64,000 bases of DNA from Candidatus Thalassarchaeaceae archaeon (GTDB lineage: Archaea; Thermoplasmatota; Poseidoniia; Poseidoniales; Thalassarchaeaceae), in contig JBJLBJ010000032.1 in assembly GCA_045568235.1 (NCBI GenBank), positions 48,241 to 112,240 of the forward strand, read 5' to 3'. The position numbers were made by a program, and so were the translations under genes. Below, piece by piece: positions 1 through 10,956 of the stretch; within the stretch, counting starts at the first letter, position 1; every line of letters starts with the position of its first letter. Under the pieces are notes generated by a model. It saw only the letters and a program-made list of their open reading frames with translations. It was not told the origin of the DNA and ran no database searches.

Positions 1-35
1 ACACTTGTTGATATAGGCGACCCCTAGTAGTTACA

Positions 36-1025
36 ATGAAGTGTATGGAAACAGAGTATTTTGTTAATCCCAATTTATCTATAATTAAAGATCGTTTCGA
101 TGATGCTTTAGAAGAACTAGTTTTGGAAAAACTATCGGGTGATGAAGCACCAGCAATGTCGTTAGCGAGAGATATATTACTTTCTGGAGGAAAAAGATTC
201 CGTCCCGTATTAGCATTGTTGGCACATGAGGCTGCAGGTGGCGACGATGACTCCATGATTATGGATTTAGCACTTGCATCAGAAATAATTCATACTGCTA
301 CTTTGATTCATGATGATATTTACGACCAATCAAAAACTAGGAGGGGTATGCCTACTTTACACACCAGTCATGATTTGTCTCATGCAATTATTGCCGGAGA
401 TTATTTATTTGTAATTGGTTTTTCATTAGGAGGAAGATATGATAATATAATAGTAGAAAAAATTGGTAAATCTGCCGCTAATTTAGCATCTGGAGAGTTA
501 TTACAATTTGAGCATATAGGAAATTTTAGTACCACTCCGGAAGACTATTATGCTATTGTAGATGGAAAGACAGCAGGACCATTTGCTGCAGCATGTGCTT
601 GTGCTGGAATTATTGCAGGTGCCAATAATGAGATTATTGGGGCTTTAGAAGATTTTGGTATTGAAATAGGCCGTGCATTCCAACTAGTCGATGATCTCTT
701 GGATCTTACTGGAAAGCCTTCGATGGGCAAACCAAGAGGGACAGATGTACATGATGGTAAAATGACACTACCTCTGATTCATGCTTTGACGTTACTTTAT
801 GGTCCCGAGAGGGAGCAATTGGAAGATATTCTGAATAATTTTTCTGATGATAGGTGGCAGGAATTAACAGTACTTTTGAATAAATCAAATTCATTAATGT
901 ATGTAAAACAATTAATAAAAAATCATATCAATAGAGCCATGGTTAGTCTAGAAAAACTTCCTGATTCTGATGCCAAGAATATGATGATGGAGATAGCAAT
1001 AGATTCACAAAATAGAAAATTATAA
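36..1025 (+). CDS. trans-polyprenyl (geranylgeranyl) diphosphate synthase
   Basis: Both Asp-rich motifs of trans-prenyltransferases are present: 'LIHDDIYDQ' (DDxxD) and 'QLVDDLLDL' (DDxxD). The 329-aa length is typical. Confidence 0.85.
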   Translation: MKCMETEYFVNPNLSIIKDRFDDALEELVLEKLSGDEAPAMSLARDILLSGGKRFRPVLALLAHEAAGGDDDSMIMDLALASEIIHTATLIHDDIYDQSKTRRGMPTLHTSHDLSHAIIAGDYLFVIGFSLGGRYDNIIVEKIGKSAANLASGELLQFEHIGNFSTTPEDYYAIVDGKTAGPFAAACACAGIIAGANNEIIGALEDFGIEIGRAFQLVDDLLDLTGKPSMGKPRGTDVHDGKMTLPLIHALTLLYGPEREQLEDILNNFSDDRWQELTVLLNKSNSLMYVKQLIKNHINRAMVSLEKLPDSDAKNMMMEIAIDSQNRKL

Positions 1026-1054
1026 ATTATTTCAAAATCTAATGGTGATATGCT

Positions 1055-2155
1055 GTGATCAAAGAGAAACTTTGGGACTTAGTTATAATTGGAGGAGGGC
1101 CAGCAGGAAGCACAACTGCTAGGTTTGCAGCAAAAAATGACCTTAGTGTATTAGTTATTGATGGCCGTGATTCAATAGGCGAACCACTTCAATGCGGAGA
1201 ATTAGTTCCATCAAATAATGAGATGAAAAGATTATGCCCAAATGTTCCAGATATAGATGAACTTTTCAAAACGCCAAAAAATGCAATTTCTCAGTATACA
1301 AAAGAAATGCACCTAATTCCTCCTTCTGGAAAACCTCTAAAGTATAATTTTGAGGGTTTAATGTTAAACAGAGTTAAACATGATCAAGAATTAGTGCGTC
1401 TTGCAAAATTTAATGGAGCCAAGTTCCTCACCGGAACAAGAGTCCAAGATATTGAAGATAATTCCATTATCTTGAAAGATGGTTCTATAATTAATGCTAA
1501 GATAATAGTAGGAGCAGGTGGCCACAACGATCCACTGAGGAAAAAACATTGGAAAGTTAAATCTCTCAACATTCCTGTTAAATTCGTTCTTATGGACGGT
1601 GTATTTTCCAATGCGGTTGAACTACACTTTGGTTCTGTTGCTCCAGGAGGATATGCATGGGTATTCCCTAAAGAAGGAGGAGCAAACATAGGTTTGGGGA
1701 TTCAAAGAAAATTTGCAAAAGGACAAAGTTTGAACATACTTGCAGATAATTTCTTTTCCAAATACAAAGGAAAAATTAGTTTTGAAGGAGCAGGTTCATT
1801 GCCCATGTCTGGCTCAATCAAAACATTTGTAAAAAATAATTACGCACTTGTTGGTGATTCAGCCGGAATGGTATTGCCTTCAAACGGAGCAGGTATAACA
1901 ATCGCCATGATAGGTGGCAGGATAGCTGGTCAAGTAATTTCAGAGCATATAAAATATGGCACTCCTTTGTCAGAATACGAAAAGAGATGGGAATATCAGA
2001 TGGGCAAAGTAATGAGAAATTCTCAAAGATCATTTAAGTTAGGCAGTATTCTTTTCAGATTTCCAGATTGGTTCATAAACATCGCTTTCAATAGGTTGAC
2101 TAAACCGTTTATATGGAAAGCTATTACTTGCAGGCCATTACTCAAATTTTTCTGA
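1055..2155 (+). CDS. FAD-dependent geranylgeranyl reductase family oxidoreductase
   Basis: N-terminal dinucleotide-binding motif 'VIIGGGPAGSTTA'. The size and its position next to the prenyl synthase fit the archaeal lipid GGR family. Confidence 0.7.
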   Translation: MIKEKLWDLVIIGGGPAGSTTARFAAKNDLSVLVIDGRDSIGEPLQCGELVPSNNEMKRLCPNVPDIDELFKTPKNAISQYTKEMHLIPPSGKPLKYNFEGLMLNRVKHDQELVRLAKFNGAKFLTGTRVQDIEDNSIILKDGSIINAKIIVGAGGHNDPLRKKHWKVKSLNIPVKFVLMDGVFSNAVELHFGSVAPGGYAWVFPKEGGANIGLGIQRKFAKGQSLNILADNFFSKYKGKISFEGAGSLPMSGSIKTFVKNNYALVGDSAGMVLPSNGAGITIAMIGGRIAGQVISEHIKYGTPLSEYEKRWEYQMGKVMRNSQRSFKLGSILFRFPDWFINIAFNRLTKPFIWKAITCRPLLKFF

Positions 2156-2911
2156 TACCGGTACTTTTCCTGACCATATTGTAGCCATTCCTGGAAAAAT
2201 GACCTTTCCTTTTACATTCTCAAAACCTTCTTCTAGCATCATTTTTGTATATTTCCTTGTTGTTCCAAAATTGATATAGGTTTTTGTCAACCATTTCCAT
2301 GGATGTTCTTTTTGTTTACACACTATCCTTGCATAAGTTCCTACCCAATATTTCATCCAAAAATGCCCCAAAAGTCCATGAAAATAATTAATTTTGGCTG
2401 GATCAACTATTATTAATTCTCCTCCTGGTTTTAAGACACGTCTAACTTCGGATAGCCCTTTCCTTTTGTCGAACCAATCTCTAAAGGAGAAAAGTGTACA
2501 TACAGCATCAAAATAATTATCTTCAAATGGTAGTTCCTCAGCTTTCCCTTCAACGAAGATGGCCTCCTTATCTCCTCTTTTTGTTCGCTTATCTTTAACA
2601 CGTATTTTTGCAATTCTTAGCATTTCAGGTATGGGATCTAAACAGACTAAATCTTTGCCCTTAACATCTTCAGCAAAACTTCCTGGGCCACATCCTATTT
2701 CCAATATTAAACCCTCATCGGGTAGTTTCTCTCTGACCATTCTCCTCCATCTTGAAACCTGTCCAAGTGTTGCAAAATTGTTAATTTTGTCATAAACTGG
2801 AATCGTTGCTTCAAGATTATTTTGAAGTTCTTGCCAATCTTTTTGACCAATGACTTCAGAGTCCATATTCTTACCGCGAAAGCAACAAGTATATGGTAAG
2901 TACTGGTTCAA
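2138..2911 (-). CDS. class I SAM-dependent methyltransferase (UbiE/MenG-like)
   Basis: SAM-binding motif 'ILEIGCGPGSF' and a UbiE-like N-terminal 'YDKINNFATLGQVSRWRR'. The true start is probably the internal Met near 2866. Confidence 0.65.
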   Translation of the reverse strand: MNQYLPYTCCFRGKNMDSEVIGQKDWQELQNNLEATIPVYDKINNFATLGQVSRWRRMVREKLPDEGLILEIGCGPGSFAEDVKGKDLVCLDPIPEMLRIAKIRVKDKRTKRGDKEAIFVEGKAEELPFEDNYFDAVCTLFSFRDWFDKRKGLSEVRRVLKPGGELIIVDPAKINYFHGLLGHFWMKYWVGTYARIVCKQKEHPWKWLTKTYINFGTTRKYTKMMLEEGFENVKGKVIFPGMATIWSGKVPVSEKFE

Positions 2912-2995
2912 AAGTCACATACTTGAAAAATTAATTCAACTCTAGTATCGGTTATTATCTAACTAAACTAAATTTAGTGTGCGATACACATTCCG

Positions 2996-3319
2996 GTGCA
3001 GACTATGGTAAGAGAAAAAGTTCTACGTGCAATACAAGATGCCGAAAAAGCTGCTTCCGAAACTCTTGCTAATGCGAAGAAAGAAGCCGCATCAATAGTT
3101 TCTCAAGCTCGTCAAAATGCATCTGAGATATTGAACACTGAACGTTCAAACTCGGAATCCTCTAATCAAAATTTGATTAATAAAGCACGCGAAAGTGCAA
3201 ACTCCGAAGCAAAATTAGTTTCAGATGATGGAAATATAGCGCAACAACATCTTCATGATTCAGGTAAGAAAAATCGTGTCAAAGCAGAGGAAATAGTAAT
3301 TGACGCTTTCAAAAAATAA
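2996..3319 (+). CDS. atpH: A-type ATP synthase subunit H
   Basis: A small Ala/Glu/Lys-rich coiled-coil protein in first position of the canonical archaeal atpHIKECFABD order. Confidence 0.6.
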   Translation: MQTMVREKVLRAIQDAEKAASETLANAKKEAASIVSQARQNASEILNTERSNSESSNQNLINKARESANSEAKLVSDDGNIAQQHLHDSGKKNRVKAEEIVIDAFKK

Positions 3320-3343
3320 GTTTTATTCACGGAGGCAAAAATT

Positions 3344-5425
3344 ATGTCACAGGTCCATACTCAACAAATGGGGCGTTTAATCGCAGCTGGAAGTAAGGAT
3401 AACATAGATGAAGTGATTGACTGTTTAGCAAATCTTAACGCTCTTCATTTTATAGAATATGATGGCTTGGAGGAAGGCTTCAATTTAGGCTCTCCAAAAG
3501 ATGATGCAGAAACAGTGGGTAGGCGATTAAACAAACTCCGCTCTGCCGCTTCAATTGTTGAAGGTAAAAGTCCTAAAAATCCTGTTCCTGTAAAGAAGGT
3601 CCGTTCCGAACTAGACACTTCATTGCCAAATGCAGTCGAATCATTACTCGAAAAAAGTACAAAGTTAGATTCTATAGACAACCAAATTTCCTCTTTAACA
3701 GAAGATAAAATATTTTTAGAGCTAATTTCTTCTTTAGGTTTGGAAGTAGAGTTACTGTCTGGTTACAATAATATTTCTTCATTTATCGGAACAGTCATCG
3801 ATTTAGAACCATTAAAAAATATTGAATATCACAACCTTCTTTTTACAGGTTCCTCAAATAAAGTGAATGTAGCAGCATTATTCGTAAAAAATAGTGATTC
3901 AGGAAAAACTCAATCATTATTGAATTCTTGTGGTTTTCAGGCGATTAGTATTCAAGAAAATTTACAAGGAAATCCTTTAGATTTACTTTCAGAAGTAGTC
4001 GATAAATTAAATGTTTTACAATCTGAAAAAACTTCAATAGCAAATGATTTAGAAATGTGGAATAATAAATTTGGCGAATCTCTTACGTGTGGTTTAGAAT
4101 TACTCGAAAGAGAACATGATATTCTGACTGCCCCTGTCAAAATAGCGGTTTCCGACCATGCCTTTTTCATAGATGGATGGATTGAAATGTCTAGATCTGA
4201 AGAGGTTAAGCAAGCTCTTTCCAAATGTTGTATTTTTATCGATTTAACGCCATTTAAAATCAAAGCCGGAGAAGGAGGCCATGGTCACTCTGATCACTCT
4301 CATAATCAAGAGATGCCTCCGATTGCATATCAAAATAGAAATTTCTCAAAACCAATGGAATTACTTACCGATGCAGTTGGTAGGCCAGCATATGGCCGTA
4401 TTGATCCTACTTTATTCATGTTTGTTACTTATCCAATATTCTTTGGGATGATGCTGGGAGATATGGCATATGGTTTGATTACTATTTCTCTAGGTGCTTT
4501 TATCATGGGCCGAGCAGGAACTAATGATTTGATGAGTTTAGGAGGTAAATTCCTTGTATATATTGGCTTAGGGACACTCGCATTTGGCTATTTGTATGCC
4601 GAATTTGCAGGTTGGGAAATTTTCCCTCATGGGCATAGTAATCCAGCCGAAGCACTTTCTATACTGTATCCTCCAGTAGATAGTCACGGTTCTGTATGGC
4701 ACGACTCATATCCATTTGGGATAGAACTGGCTTATCCATTCCACAGAGTTACTTTAGTTGAAGATTATGGAAATCTTGAACATCTGGTAATTCTGACTAT
4801 TTATTTAGGGCTAATTCATATCCTATTCGGTCGTTTGATAGGTTTCCGAGATGTTATGTTTTATGGTACAGATCATGGGCACATCGGAGTAGTTGCAGCA
4901 TTTTTTGAGCATGGAGTATGGATTATATTATTGGTCGGAGGCTTCCTCTTTTCCTATGGTTTTTTAGGCCCTAGTGAAGCAGAATACATGATGCTACCGG
5001 GGATGTTAATAGCAATTTCAGCTGTTATAATGTTGATTTGGACACTATTCCATTATCATGGAATACCATTTTCCATTAGTTTAATTCTTGCCCCAATTGA
5101 GGCAATTGGGATGATGCCCTCTGTTATTTCATATGTGCGACTTTTTGCAGTGGGTGTAGTGGGAGTTAAAATTGCAGAAACCGGAAATGTCAAACTTTTC
5201 GAACCAATGGTCCATGCTATTGAACATAGTGAATTTTTGGTAGTTCCATTTCTATTAGTCGGCTGGTTATCTGTACAATTCTTTGCATGGGGACTAGGAG
5301 TTTTCAGTCCAAATATTCATGCAGCAAGACTTCATTTCGTAGAATGGATGAGGCAATATTATGATTCTAGCGGAGAGAAATTTACGCCCTTTGGCTTCCG
5401 CTCACGCCATGTGGAGGTCGAGTGA
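3344..5425 (+). CDS. atpI: A-type ATP synthase subunit I (a-subunit, stator/proton channel)
   Basis: 693 aa with a soluble N-terminal half followed by a multi-TM C-terminal half. Its operon position is right after atpH. Confidence 0.85.
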   Translation: MSQVHTQQMGRLIAAGSKDNIDEVIDCLANLNALHFIEYDGLEEGFNLGSPKDDAETVGRRLNKLRSAASIVEGKSPKNPVPVKKVRSELDTSLPNAVESLLEKSTKLDSIDNQISSLTEDKIFLELISSLGLEVELLSGYNNISSFIGTVIDLEPLKNIEYHNLLFTGSSNKVNVAALFVKNSDSGKTQSLLNSCGFQAISIQENLQGNPLDLLSEVVDKLNVLQSEKTSIANDLEMWNNKFGESLTCGLELLEREHDILTAPVKIAVSDHAFFIDGWIEMSRSEEVKQALSKCCIFIDLTPFKIKAGEGGHGHSDHSHNQEMPPIAYQNRNFSKPMELLTDAVGRPAYGRIDPTLFMFVTYPIFFGMMLGDMAYGLITISLGAFIMGRAGTNDLMSLGGKFLVYIGLGTLAFGYLYAEFAGWEIFPHGHSNPAEALSILYPPVDSHGSVWHDSYPFGIELAYPFHRVTLVEDYGNLEHLVILTIYLGLIHILFGRLIGFRDVMFYGTDHGHIGVVAAFFEHGVWIILLVGGFLFSYGFLGPSEAEYMMLPGMLIAISAVIMLIWTLFHYHGIPFSISLILAPIEAIGMMPSVISYVRLFAVGVVGVKIAETGNVKLFEPMVHAIEHSEFLVVPFLLVGWLSVQFFAWGLGVFSPNIHAARLHFVEWMRQYYDSSGEKFTPFGFRSRHVEVE

Positions 5426-5443
5426 TATCATATTCCAAGCATA

Positions 5444-5773
5444 ATGCTTAGAAAAAAAGGAGGAAAAAAAATGAATAATAAAAATAAAATGAGAGGAATA
5501 AGTGTACTATTGACATTGTCATCTATTGTGATGATTGCAACAAGTGTACAGGCTGAAGCAAATGAAAGTACAGTAGAAGCATATGCAAATCTAGGTGCAG
5601 GAATAGCTCTAGGTTTAGCAGGGATTGGAACAGGTTTGAGCCAAGGGCCAATAGGAGCAGCAGCTGTTGGAATGATTGCTGAAGACAGTAGCAAGTTCGT
5701 TAACGGACTAATCTTTACTGCACTACCAGAAACAATCGTACTTTTCGGATTTCTCGCACTATTCCTGCTCTAA
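5444..5773 (+). CDS. atpK: A-type ATP synthase proteolipid subunit K (c-subunit)
   Basis: Gly-rich hairpin 'GAGIALGLAGIGTGLSQGPIGAAAVG' and the ion-binding carboxylate in 'ALPETIVLFG'. It also carries an N-terminal basic and hydrophobic extension. Confidence 0.85.
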   Translation: MLRKKGGKKMNNKNKMRGISVLLTLSSIVMIATSVQAEANESTVEAYANLGAGIALGLAGIGTGLSQGPIGAAAVGMIAEDSSKFVNGLIFTALPETIVLFGFLALFLL

Positions 5774-5816
5774 GCAGGCAAAGCGAATTATCTGTAATCA
5801 TTATGAGGTATGATGG

Positions 5817-6374
5817 ATGACATTAGATGCATTAGCAAATGAAATCGATGCACAGGCTAAGGCTGAAGCCAAGGCCATTATCGATACAGCAAAAACACAA
5901 GCTAAGGAAATTGAAGATGAAGCAAAATCTGAAGCACAATCCCTTTCTTCAGAAATGCAAACTCGTGCCGAGAGAGAAAGTGCCCAACTTTCTGTAGAAG
6001 TTGTTGCGTCCGCCAAACAGGCTAACCAAAAACATCTTTTAATAGCACAGAGAGAGGAATTAGATGAAACGTGGGATTCAATAAAGAAATCTGTTTCATC
6101 TCCAGATCTTGAAGGCCGCTCTGCTATTTTGAAGTCTCTTTTATCTGAAGCAAATAAATCAGGTAAAGGGATGTTACTAAGACCAGTTTCTACAGATAGG
6201 AAGGAACTAGAAAAGGGGAATTTTACTTTAGGAGAAGATATCGAGGGACTAGGGGGCTTCGTACTCGAATCCAAAGACGGTTCTATTGTACTCGACTATA
6301 GGTTCGATAGCCGCCTAGAAAAAGCATGGCAAGAAAATTTAGGCCTAGTTAATGAGACTTTATTTGGTAATTAA
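5817..6374 (+). CDS. atpE: A-type ATP synthase subunit E
   Basis: An Ala/Glu/Lys-rich N-terminal helix plus a globular C-terminus. The 185-aa length and the operon position fit. Confidence 0.75.
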   Translation: MTLDALANEIDAQAKAEAKAIIDTAKTQAKEIEDEAKSEAQSLSSEMQTRAERESAQLSVEVVASAKQANQKHLLIAQREELDETWDSIKKSVSSPDLEGRSAILKSLLSEANKSGKGMLLRPVSTDRKELEKGNFTLGEDIEGLGGFVLESKDGSIVLDYRFDSRLEKAWQENLGLVNETLFGN

Positions 6375-6385
6375 GTGGTGTTTTT

Positions 6386-7442
6386 ATGGTAAGAGTGGTT
6401 AGCGGAAGATCAAACATATACAATGCTGCAGCACGTGCTAAAGCACGCAAGGCATCTTTGATCGACTCTACCCGAATGCTACAATTACTCCAATTAGGTC
6501 ACTGAATCAATAGGAGCAAGTATTGGCGAGTTAGGATATAGGAATGAAATGGATATTTATGCCTCTAGGATGAGTGGCGCAGATGCCGTAGAAGCCGCTT
6601 TGGTACACAATTTAGACAATGATTTATCCGAAATTCTTAGATTTTGCCAAGGCCCACTAAAGTCCATTGTGTCAATTTACATTGAGCGTTTTTCTTATGA
6701 AAAGGCAAAAACTGTACTCCGTTCGGTTAATGGAGGGTGTTCGGATGATTTAATTGAATCTCAGATATTGCCTTCAGAAAATCCAATGAATACGATTTGG
6801 CTCGATATCGTAAGAAATACTGAAACTGTCGCAGAGGCAGCCAACGCAATGTCAGGGACAGAGTGGGGCAAGGAATTGTTGAAATTGGAAGGCACTAATC
6901 CATCCCTTGAGGAGATGGAAGATGCTCTTGATAGACAATACTATGCCAATGCATTAAAAATATCCAAATCAAAAGATTCCAATACACAATTAATGAAATA
7001 TATTAGAACTGAAATAGATCATCGTAACATAATTAATCAATTTCGTGAATTACGCCAGAATATTTCTCCAGAAAAGCGTACACAAATGATAATTCCAGGC
7101 GGTAGGATTCAACAATCCGTTATGGTACAAGCTTCACAGGCAACCACACAAGAATCTTTACTAGATATACTTAGGAGAAGCATTTATTTCGATGATGAAG
7201 GCTTTGATGAAGCATTAATTGAATCTAAAAAGACTCAATCTTTAGATTCTATCGCTTCTTTGCTCACTCACAAAAGGCATGCAATTTTGAAACGATTCGC
7301 ATACCTTAATCCTGTTTCTCCTTTCCCCGTAATATACTATATTGAAAGAAAAGTACTGGAAATACAAAATCTTCGTCTTCTTGTGCGTGGGAAGACGATC
7401 GGTCTAACGCCTGAGATTTTAGAAGCGCATATGGATTTTTGA
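6386..7442 (+). CDS. atpC: A-type ATP synthase subunit C, reading frame interrupted by a +1 shift near 6498-6502
   Basis: A 40-codon ORF (6386-6505) starts 12 nt after the atpE stop. It continues in the next frame into the 297-aa ORF 6549-7442. The total span of 1057 nt equals 352 codons plus 1 nt. Confidence 0.75.
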
Positions 7443-7443
7443 G

Positions 7444-7752
7444 GTGGATGATATGGAAATAGCAGTTGTTGGTTCTCTTGACTTCACTCTTGGGTTCCAG
7501 TTAGCGGGAGTTTTGAGATTATATAATCCAAAAGACGCCGAAGAGACGATTTCAATAATGAAAGATCTCTTAAATCAAAAAGAAATAGGGGTAATCGTCA
7601 TTGATAACTCCGATTTATTAGAACTCCCTGAAAGATTGCGAATACAACTTTCAGAGAGCATTACTCCCACAGTATTGGGAATAGGTACAGAAGAGGATAA
7701 TACCCTCAGAGAGTCGATCAAATCGGCACTAGGAGTCGATTTGTGGAAATAA
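7444..7752 (+). CDS. atpF: A-type ATP synthase subunit F
   Basis: 102 aa with the pattern 'IAVVGSLDFTLGFQLAGV' typical of the V/A-type F subunit. The operon position fits. Confidence 0.8.
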   Translation: MDDMEIAVVGSLDFTLGFQLAGVLRLYNPKDAEETISIMKDLLNQKEIGVIVIDNSDLLELPERLRIQLSESITPTVLGIGTEEDNTLRESIKSALGVDLWK

Positions 7753-7786
7753 ATCCTAGAAAAAAATAAATGGAAGTGAATTAAAA

Positions 7787-9529
7787 ATGAGTAAAGAAAA
7801 AGGAGTAATTTATCGTATTTCTGGTCCAGTGGTAACAGCAATAGGAATATCGCCAAGGATGTATGAAGTTGTACGAGTAGGAGATGAAGGTTTGATGGGA
7901 GAAGTAATTGAGTTGCATGGCGACCAATCTGTAATTCAAGTATATGAAGAAACTTCAGGAGTTAGGCCAGGTGAGCCAGTTATAAGGACAGGTCAGACAT
8001 TATCTGTTCAATTAGGACCAGGTCTACTGACAAAAATATATGACGGGATACAAAGACCTCTTCCGGAACTTGAGAAAACAATGGGTGTTTTTATTACCAG
8101 AGGAGTAGATGCTGATGGGCTTGATTTGGAAAAAAATTGGCAGTTTAAACCCACTTTAAAAAATGGAGATAGTGTTTCTCCAGGAGATATAATAGGAACA
8201 GTACAGGAAACCTCTACTATTGAACATAGAGTTATGGTACCTCCTGGTATTTTAGGAAAAATAAAGGAAATCAAATCTGGTGAATTTAATGTTACTCAAA
8301 CGATATGTACATTGGATGATGGAAATGAAATACAAATGATGCAAAAATGGCCAGTAAGAACTCCAAGGCCATTCACAAAAAAGCATGCTCCAGAAGTTCC
8401 TTTACAAACAGGCCAGAGAATTCTTGATTTCCTTTTCCCATTGGCGAAAGGAGGGACTGCTGGTATACCGGGTCCTTTTGGTTCAGGAAAAACAGTTACT
8501 CAACAACAATTGGCCAAGTGGTCTGATGCCGATATTGTAGTGTATATTGGATGTGGAGAGAGAGGCAATGAGATGACCGAAGTTCTAGATGAATTCCCTC
8601 ATCTCATAGATCCAAAAACTGGCGAAGCTCTAATGAATCGTACTACAATGATTGCCAATACTTCTAATATGCCAGTTGCAGCTAGAGAAGCTTCAGTATA
8701 TACAGGAATAACTATTGCAGAATATTTCCGAGATATGGGCTATGATGTTGCTCTGATGGCCGATTCTACTAGTCGTTGGGCAGAAGCAATGAGAGAAATC
8801 TCATCCAGACTTGAAGAAATGCCTGGAGAGGAAGGATATCCTGCATACTTATCTAGTCGTTTGGCTGAATTCTATGAAAGAGCCGGCCGTGTAGAGACAC
8901 TTTCCGGCGGAGATGGATCAGTTTCTGTTATCGGTGCAGTTTCTCCGCCTGGTGGAGATATTTCTGAACCAGTCAGTCAAGGAACTTTAAGAATTGTAAA
9001 AGTCTTCTGGGGCCTAGATGCAGGTCTTGCTCGACAACGTCATTTCCCTGCAATCAATTGGCTTAGTTCATATTCATTATATCCTCCTTCATTAGATCAA
9101 TGGTATAGGGACAACATAAAGGTTGATTTCCCTGAAGTAAGGACTCAAATAAGTTCACTTTTACAAGTAGAAGCAGAGTTACAAGAAATCGTTCAATTAG
9201 TTGGTTCTGATGCACTTCCAGTAGACCAACAACTAACCTTGGAAGTGGCTCGTATGATTAGAGAATTCTTTTTACAGCAAAACGCATTCCATGATGTAGA
9301 TACTTACAGTGATCTAAAACTACAATATACAATGGCTAAAGCTATTCTATCATTCCAGGAAGAATCTAAGAAAGCACTCGCAGGAGGGTCTGCATTAGAA
9401 GATGTAGTCAATGTCCCTGCAAGGACGGATTTAATGAGAGGCAGATTTGAATCTGGTTATGAAGATCGAATAGAAGAAATGCTAGAAGAAATGACTAAAC
9501 AAATTTCTAATACTATGGAGGCCAACTGA
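7787..9529 (+). CDS. atpA: A-type ATP synthase catalytic subunit A
   Basis: Walker A 'GPFGSGKT'. The 580-aa length argues against an intein. The segment '[27 protein letters not shown]' is typical of A subunits. Confidence 0.95.
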   Translation: MSKEKGVIYRISGPVVTAIGISPRMYEVVRVGDEGLMGEVIELHGDQSVIQVYEETSGVRPGEPVIRTGQTLSVQLGPGLLTKIYDGIQRPLPELEKTMGVFITRGVDADGLDLEKNWQFKPTLKNGDSVSPGDIIGTVQETSTIEHRVMVPPGILGKIKEIKSGEFNVTQTICTLDDGNEIQMMQKWPVRTPRPFTKKHAPEVPLQTGQRILDFLFPLAKGGTAGIPGPFGSGKTVTQQQLAKWSDADIVVYIGCGERGNEMTEVLDEFPHLIDPKTGEALMNRTTMIANTSNMPVAAREASVYTGITIAEYFRDMGYDVALMADSTSRWAEAMREISSRLEEMPGEEGYPAYLSSRLAEFYERAGRVETLSGGDGSVSVIGAVSPPGGDISEPVSQGTLRIVKVFWGLDAGLARQRHFPAINWLSSYSLYPPSLDQWYRDNIKVDFPEVRTQISSLLQVEAELQEIVQLVGSDALPVDQQLTLEVARMIREFFLQQNAFHDVDTYSDLKLQYTMAKAILSFQEESKKALAGGSALEDVVNVPARTDLMRGRFESGYEDRIEEMLEEMTKQISNTMEAN

Positions 9530-9532
9530 GGA

Positions 9533-10927
9533 GTGATAAAAATGACTGGAAAAGAATATAGAACAATTACTGATGTAAAAGGACCTTTAGTGTTCCTGAA
9601 TAAGACTGAACCCGTTGCCTTTGGAGAAATCGTTGAACTACGACTTTCCGATGGTACCTTGAAAAATGGACAGGTTCTTGACACTTCAGATGATCAAGTT
9701 ATTGTACAGGTTTTCGAAGGAACTGCTTCAATAGATAAACAAACAGGAATAAAATTTCTTGGAGATGTATTCAAATTACCTGTCAGTAAGGATATGATAG
9801 GCAGAATTTTGGATGGCGCAGGAAGGCCTAGAGATGGCGGCCCATCTATAGTTGCTGATGAAATGGCAGATATCATTGGTGCTGCCATAAATCCTTACTC
9901 AAGACAAAGCCCATCTTCTTTTATTCAAACAGGAATCTCGGCCATAGATGCTTGTACATCACTGGTAAGGGGGCAAAAATTGCCTATATTTAGTGCATCA
10001 GGTTTGCCGCATAACGATATCGCTCTACAAATAGCAAGGCAGGCAAAATTAGTAGATAGCGATGATGATTTCGTGGTAGTATTTTGTGCAATGGGAATTA
10101 CAGCAGAAGAATACAATTTCTTTGTCCATGATTTAGAAAGAACAGGAGCTCTTGAAAATGCATGTTTATTCGTAAATCTCGCAGATGATCCTGCTGTTGA
10201 GCGATTAATCACTCCTAGGTTGGCGTTAACTGCTGCAGAATATCTCGCATTTGAGCATGATTATCACGTTTTAGTCATATATACTGATATGACAAACTAT
10301 TGTGAATCACTACGTCAAATTGGTGCCGCACGTGAAGAAGTTCCAGGTAGGCGAGGATATCCTGGTTACATGTATACAGATCTAGCAATGTTATATGAGC
10401 GTGCAGGATTAGTTAAGGGGAAGAAAGGATCAATTACTCAATTCCCTATCTTGACCATGCCGGGAGATGATATTACTCATCCAATACCGGATCTTTCTGG
10501 TTATATTACTGAGGGACAAATAGTGATTTCTCGTGAATTACACCAGAAAGGAATTTATCCTCCGATAAATGTCCTCCCTTCTCTGTCTAGATTAATGAAT
10601 GCAGGTATTGGAGATGGAAAGACACGTGAAGATCATAAATCCGTTTCTGACCAATTATATGCAGCATATGCTCAAGGAAGAGAGTTAAGAGGTTTGGTTG
10701 CTATTGTGGGTGAAGATGCTTTGAATGAACGTGATCTGCAATTACTTAAATTTGCTGATATTTTCGAAAATCAATTCCTTAGGCAAAGTAGAGATGAAGA
10801 TCGATCTATAGGAGAAGGTACGCTTGATTATGCATGGGAACTACTTTCTAATATAGATACCAAATATCTCGTCCGTCTGGATCAAAAATGGATTGATAAG
10901 TATCATCCAAATGAGAAGAAAAAATAA
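9533..10927 (+). CDS. atpB: A-type ATP synthase subunit B
   Basis: 464 aa, with '[19 protein letters not shown]' and '[16 protein letters not shown]' typical of the non-catalytic B subunit. Confidence 0.95.
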   Translation: MIKMTGKEYRTITDVKGPLVFLNKTEPVAFGEIVELRLSDGTLKNGQVLDTSDDQVIVQVFEGTASIDKQTGIKFLGDVFKLPVSKDMIGRILDGAGRPRDGGPSIVADEMADIIGAAINPYSRQSPSSFIQTGISAIDACTSLVRGQKLPIFSASGLPHNDIALQIARQAKLVDSDDDFVVVFCAMGITAEEYNFFVHDLERTGALENACLFVNLADDPAVERLITPRLALTAAEYLAFEHDYHVLVIYTDMTNYCESLRQIGAAREEVPGRRGYPGYMYTDLAMLYERAGLVKGKKGSITQFPILTMPGDDITHPIPDLSGYITEGQIVISRELHQKGIYPPINVLPSLSRLMNAGIGDGKTREDHKSVSDQLYAAYAQGRELRGLVAIVGEDALNERDLQLLKFADIFENQFLRQSRDEDRSIGEGTLDYAWELLSNIDTKYLVRLDQKWIDKYHPNEKKK

Positions 10928-10956
10928 TATTTTAAGAAATTTTGGAGATGAGATAG

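Noticed and set aside
5801-6274. 157-aa minus-strand ORF antisense to atpE. Similar long antisense ORFs include 61574-62182, 38604-39203, 50781-51392, 32713-33189, 27412-27861 and 10932-11282.
   Set aside because: Each lies wholly inside a well-supported gene on the other strand. Their translations are low-complexity and Ser/Ile/Leu-rich, with no motifs. This is typical of shadow ORFs opposite coding sequence.
7787-9529. Intein in atpA, as seen in some Thermoplasmata and Pyrococcus
   Set aside because: The 580-aa length is normal for an intein-free A subunit, and the sequence around the P-loop is contiguous.
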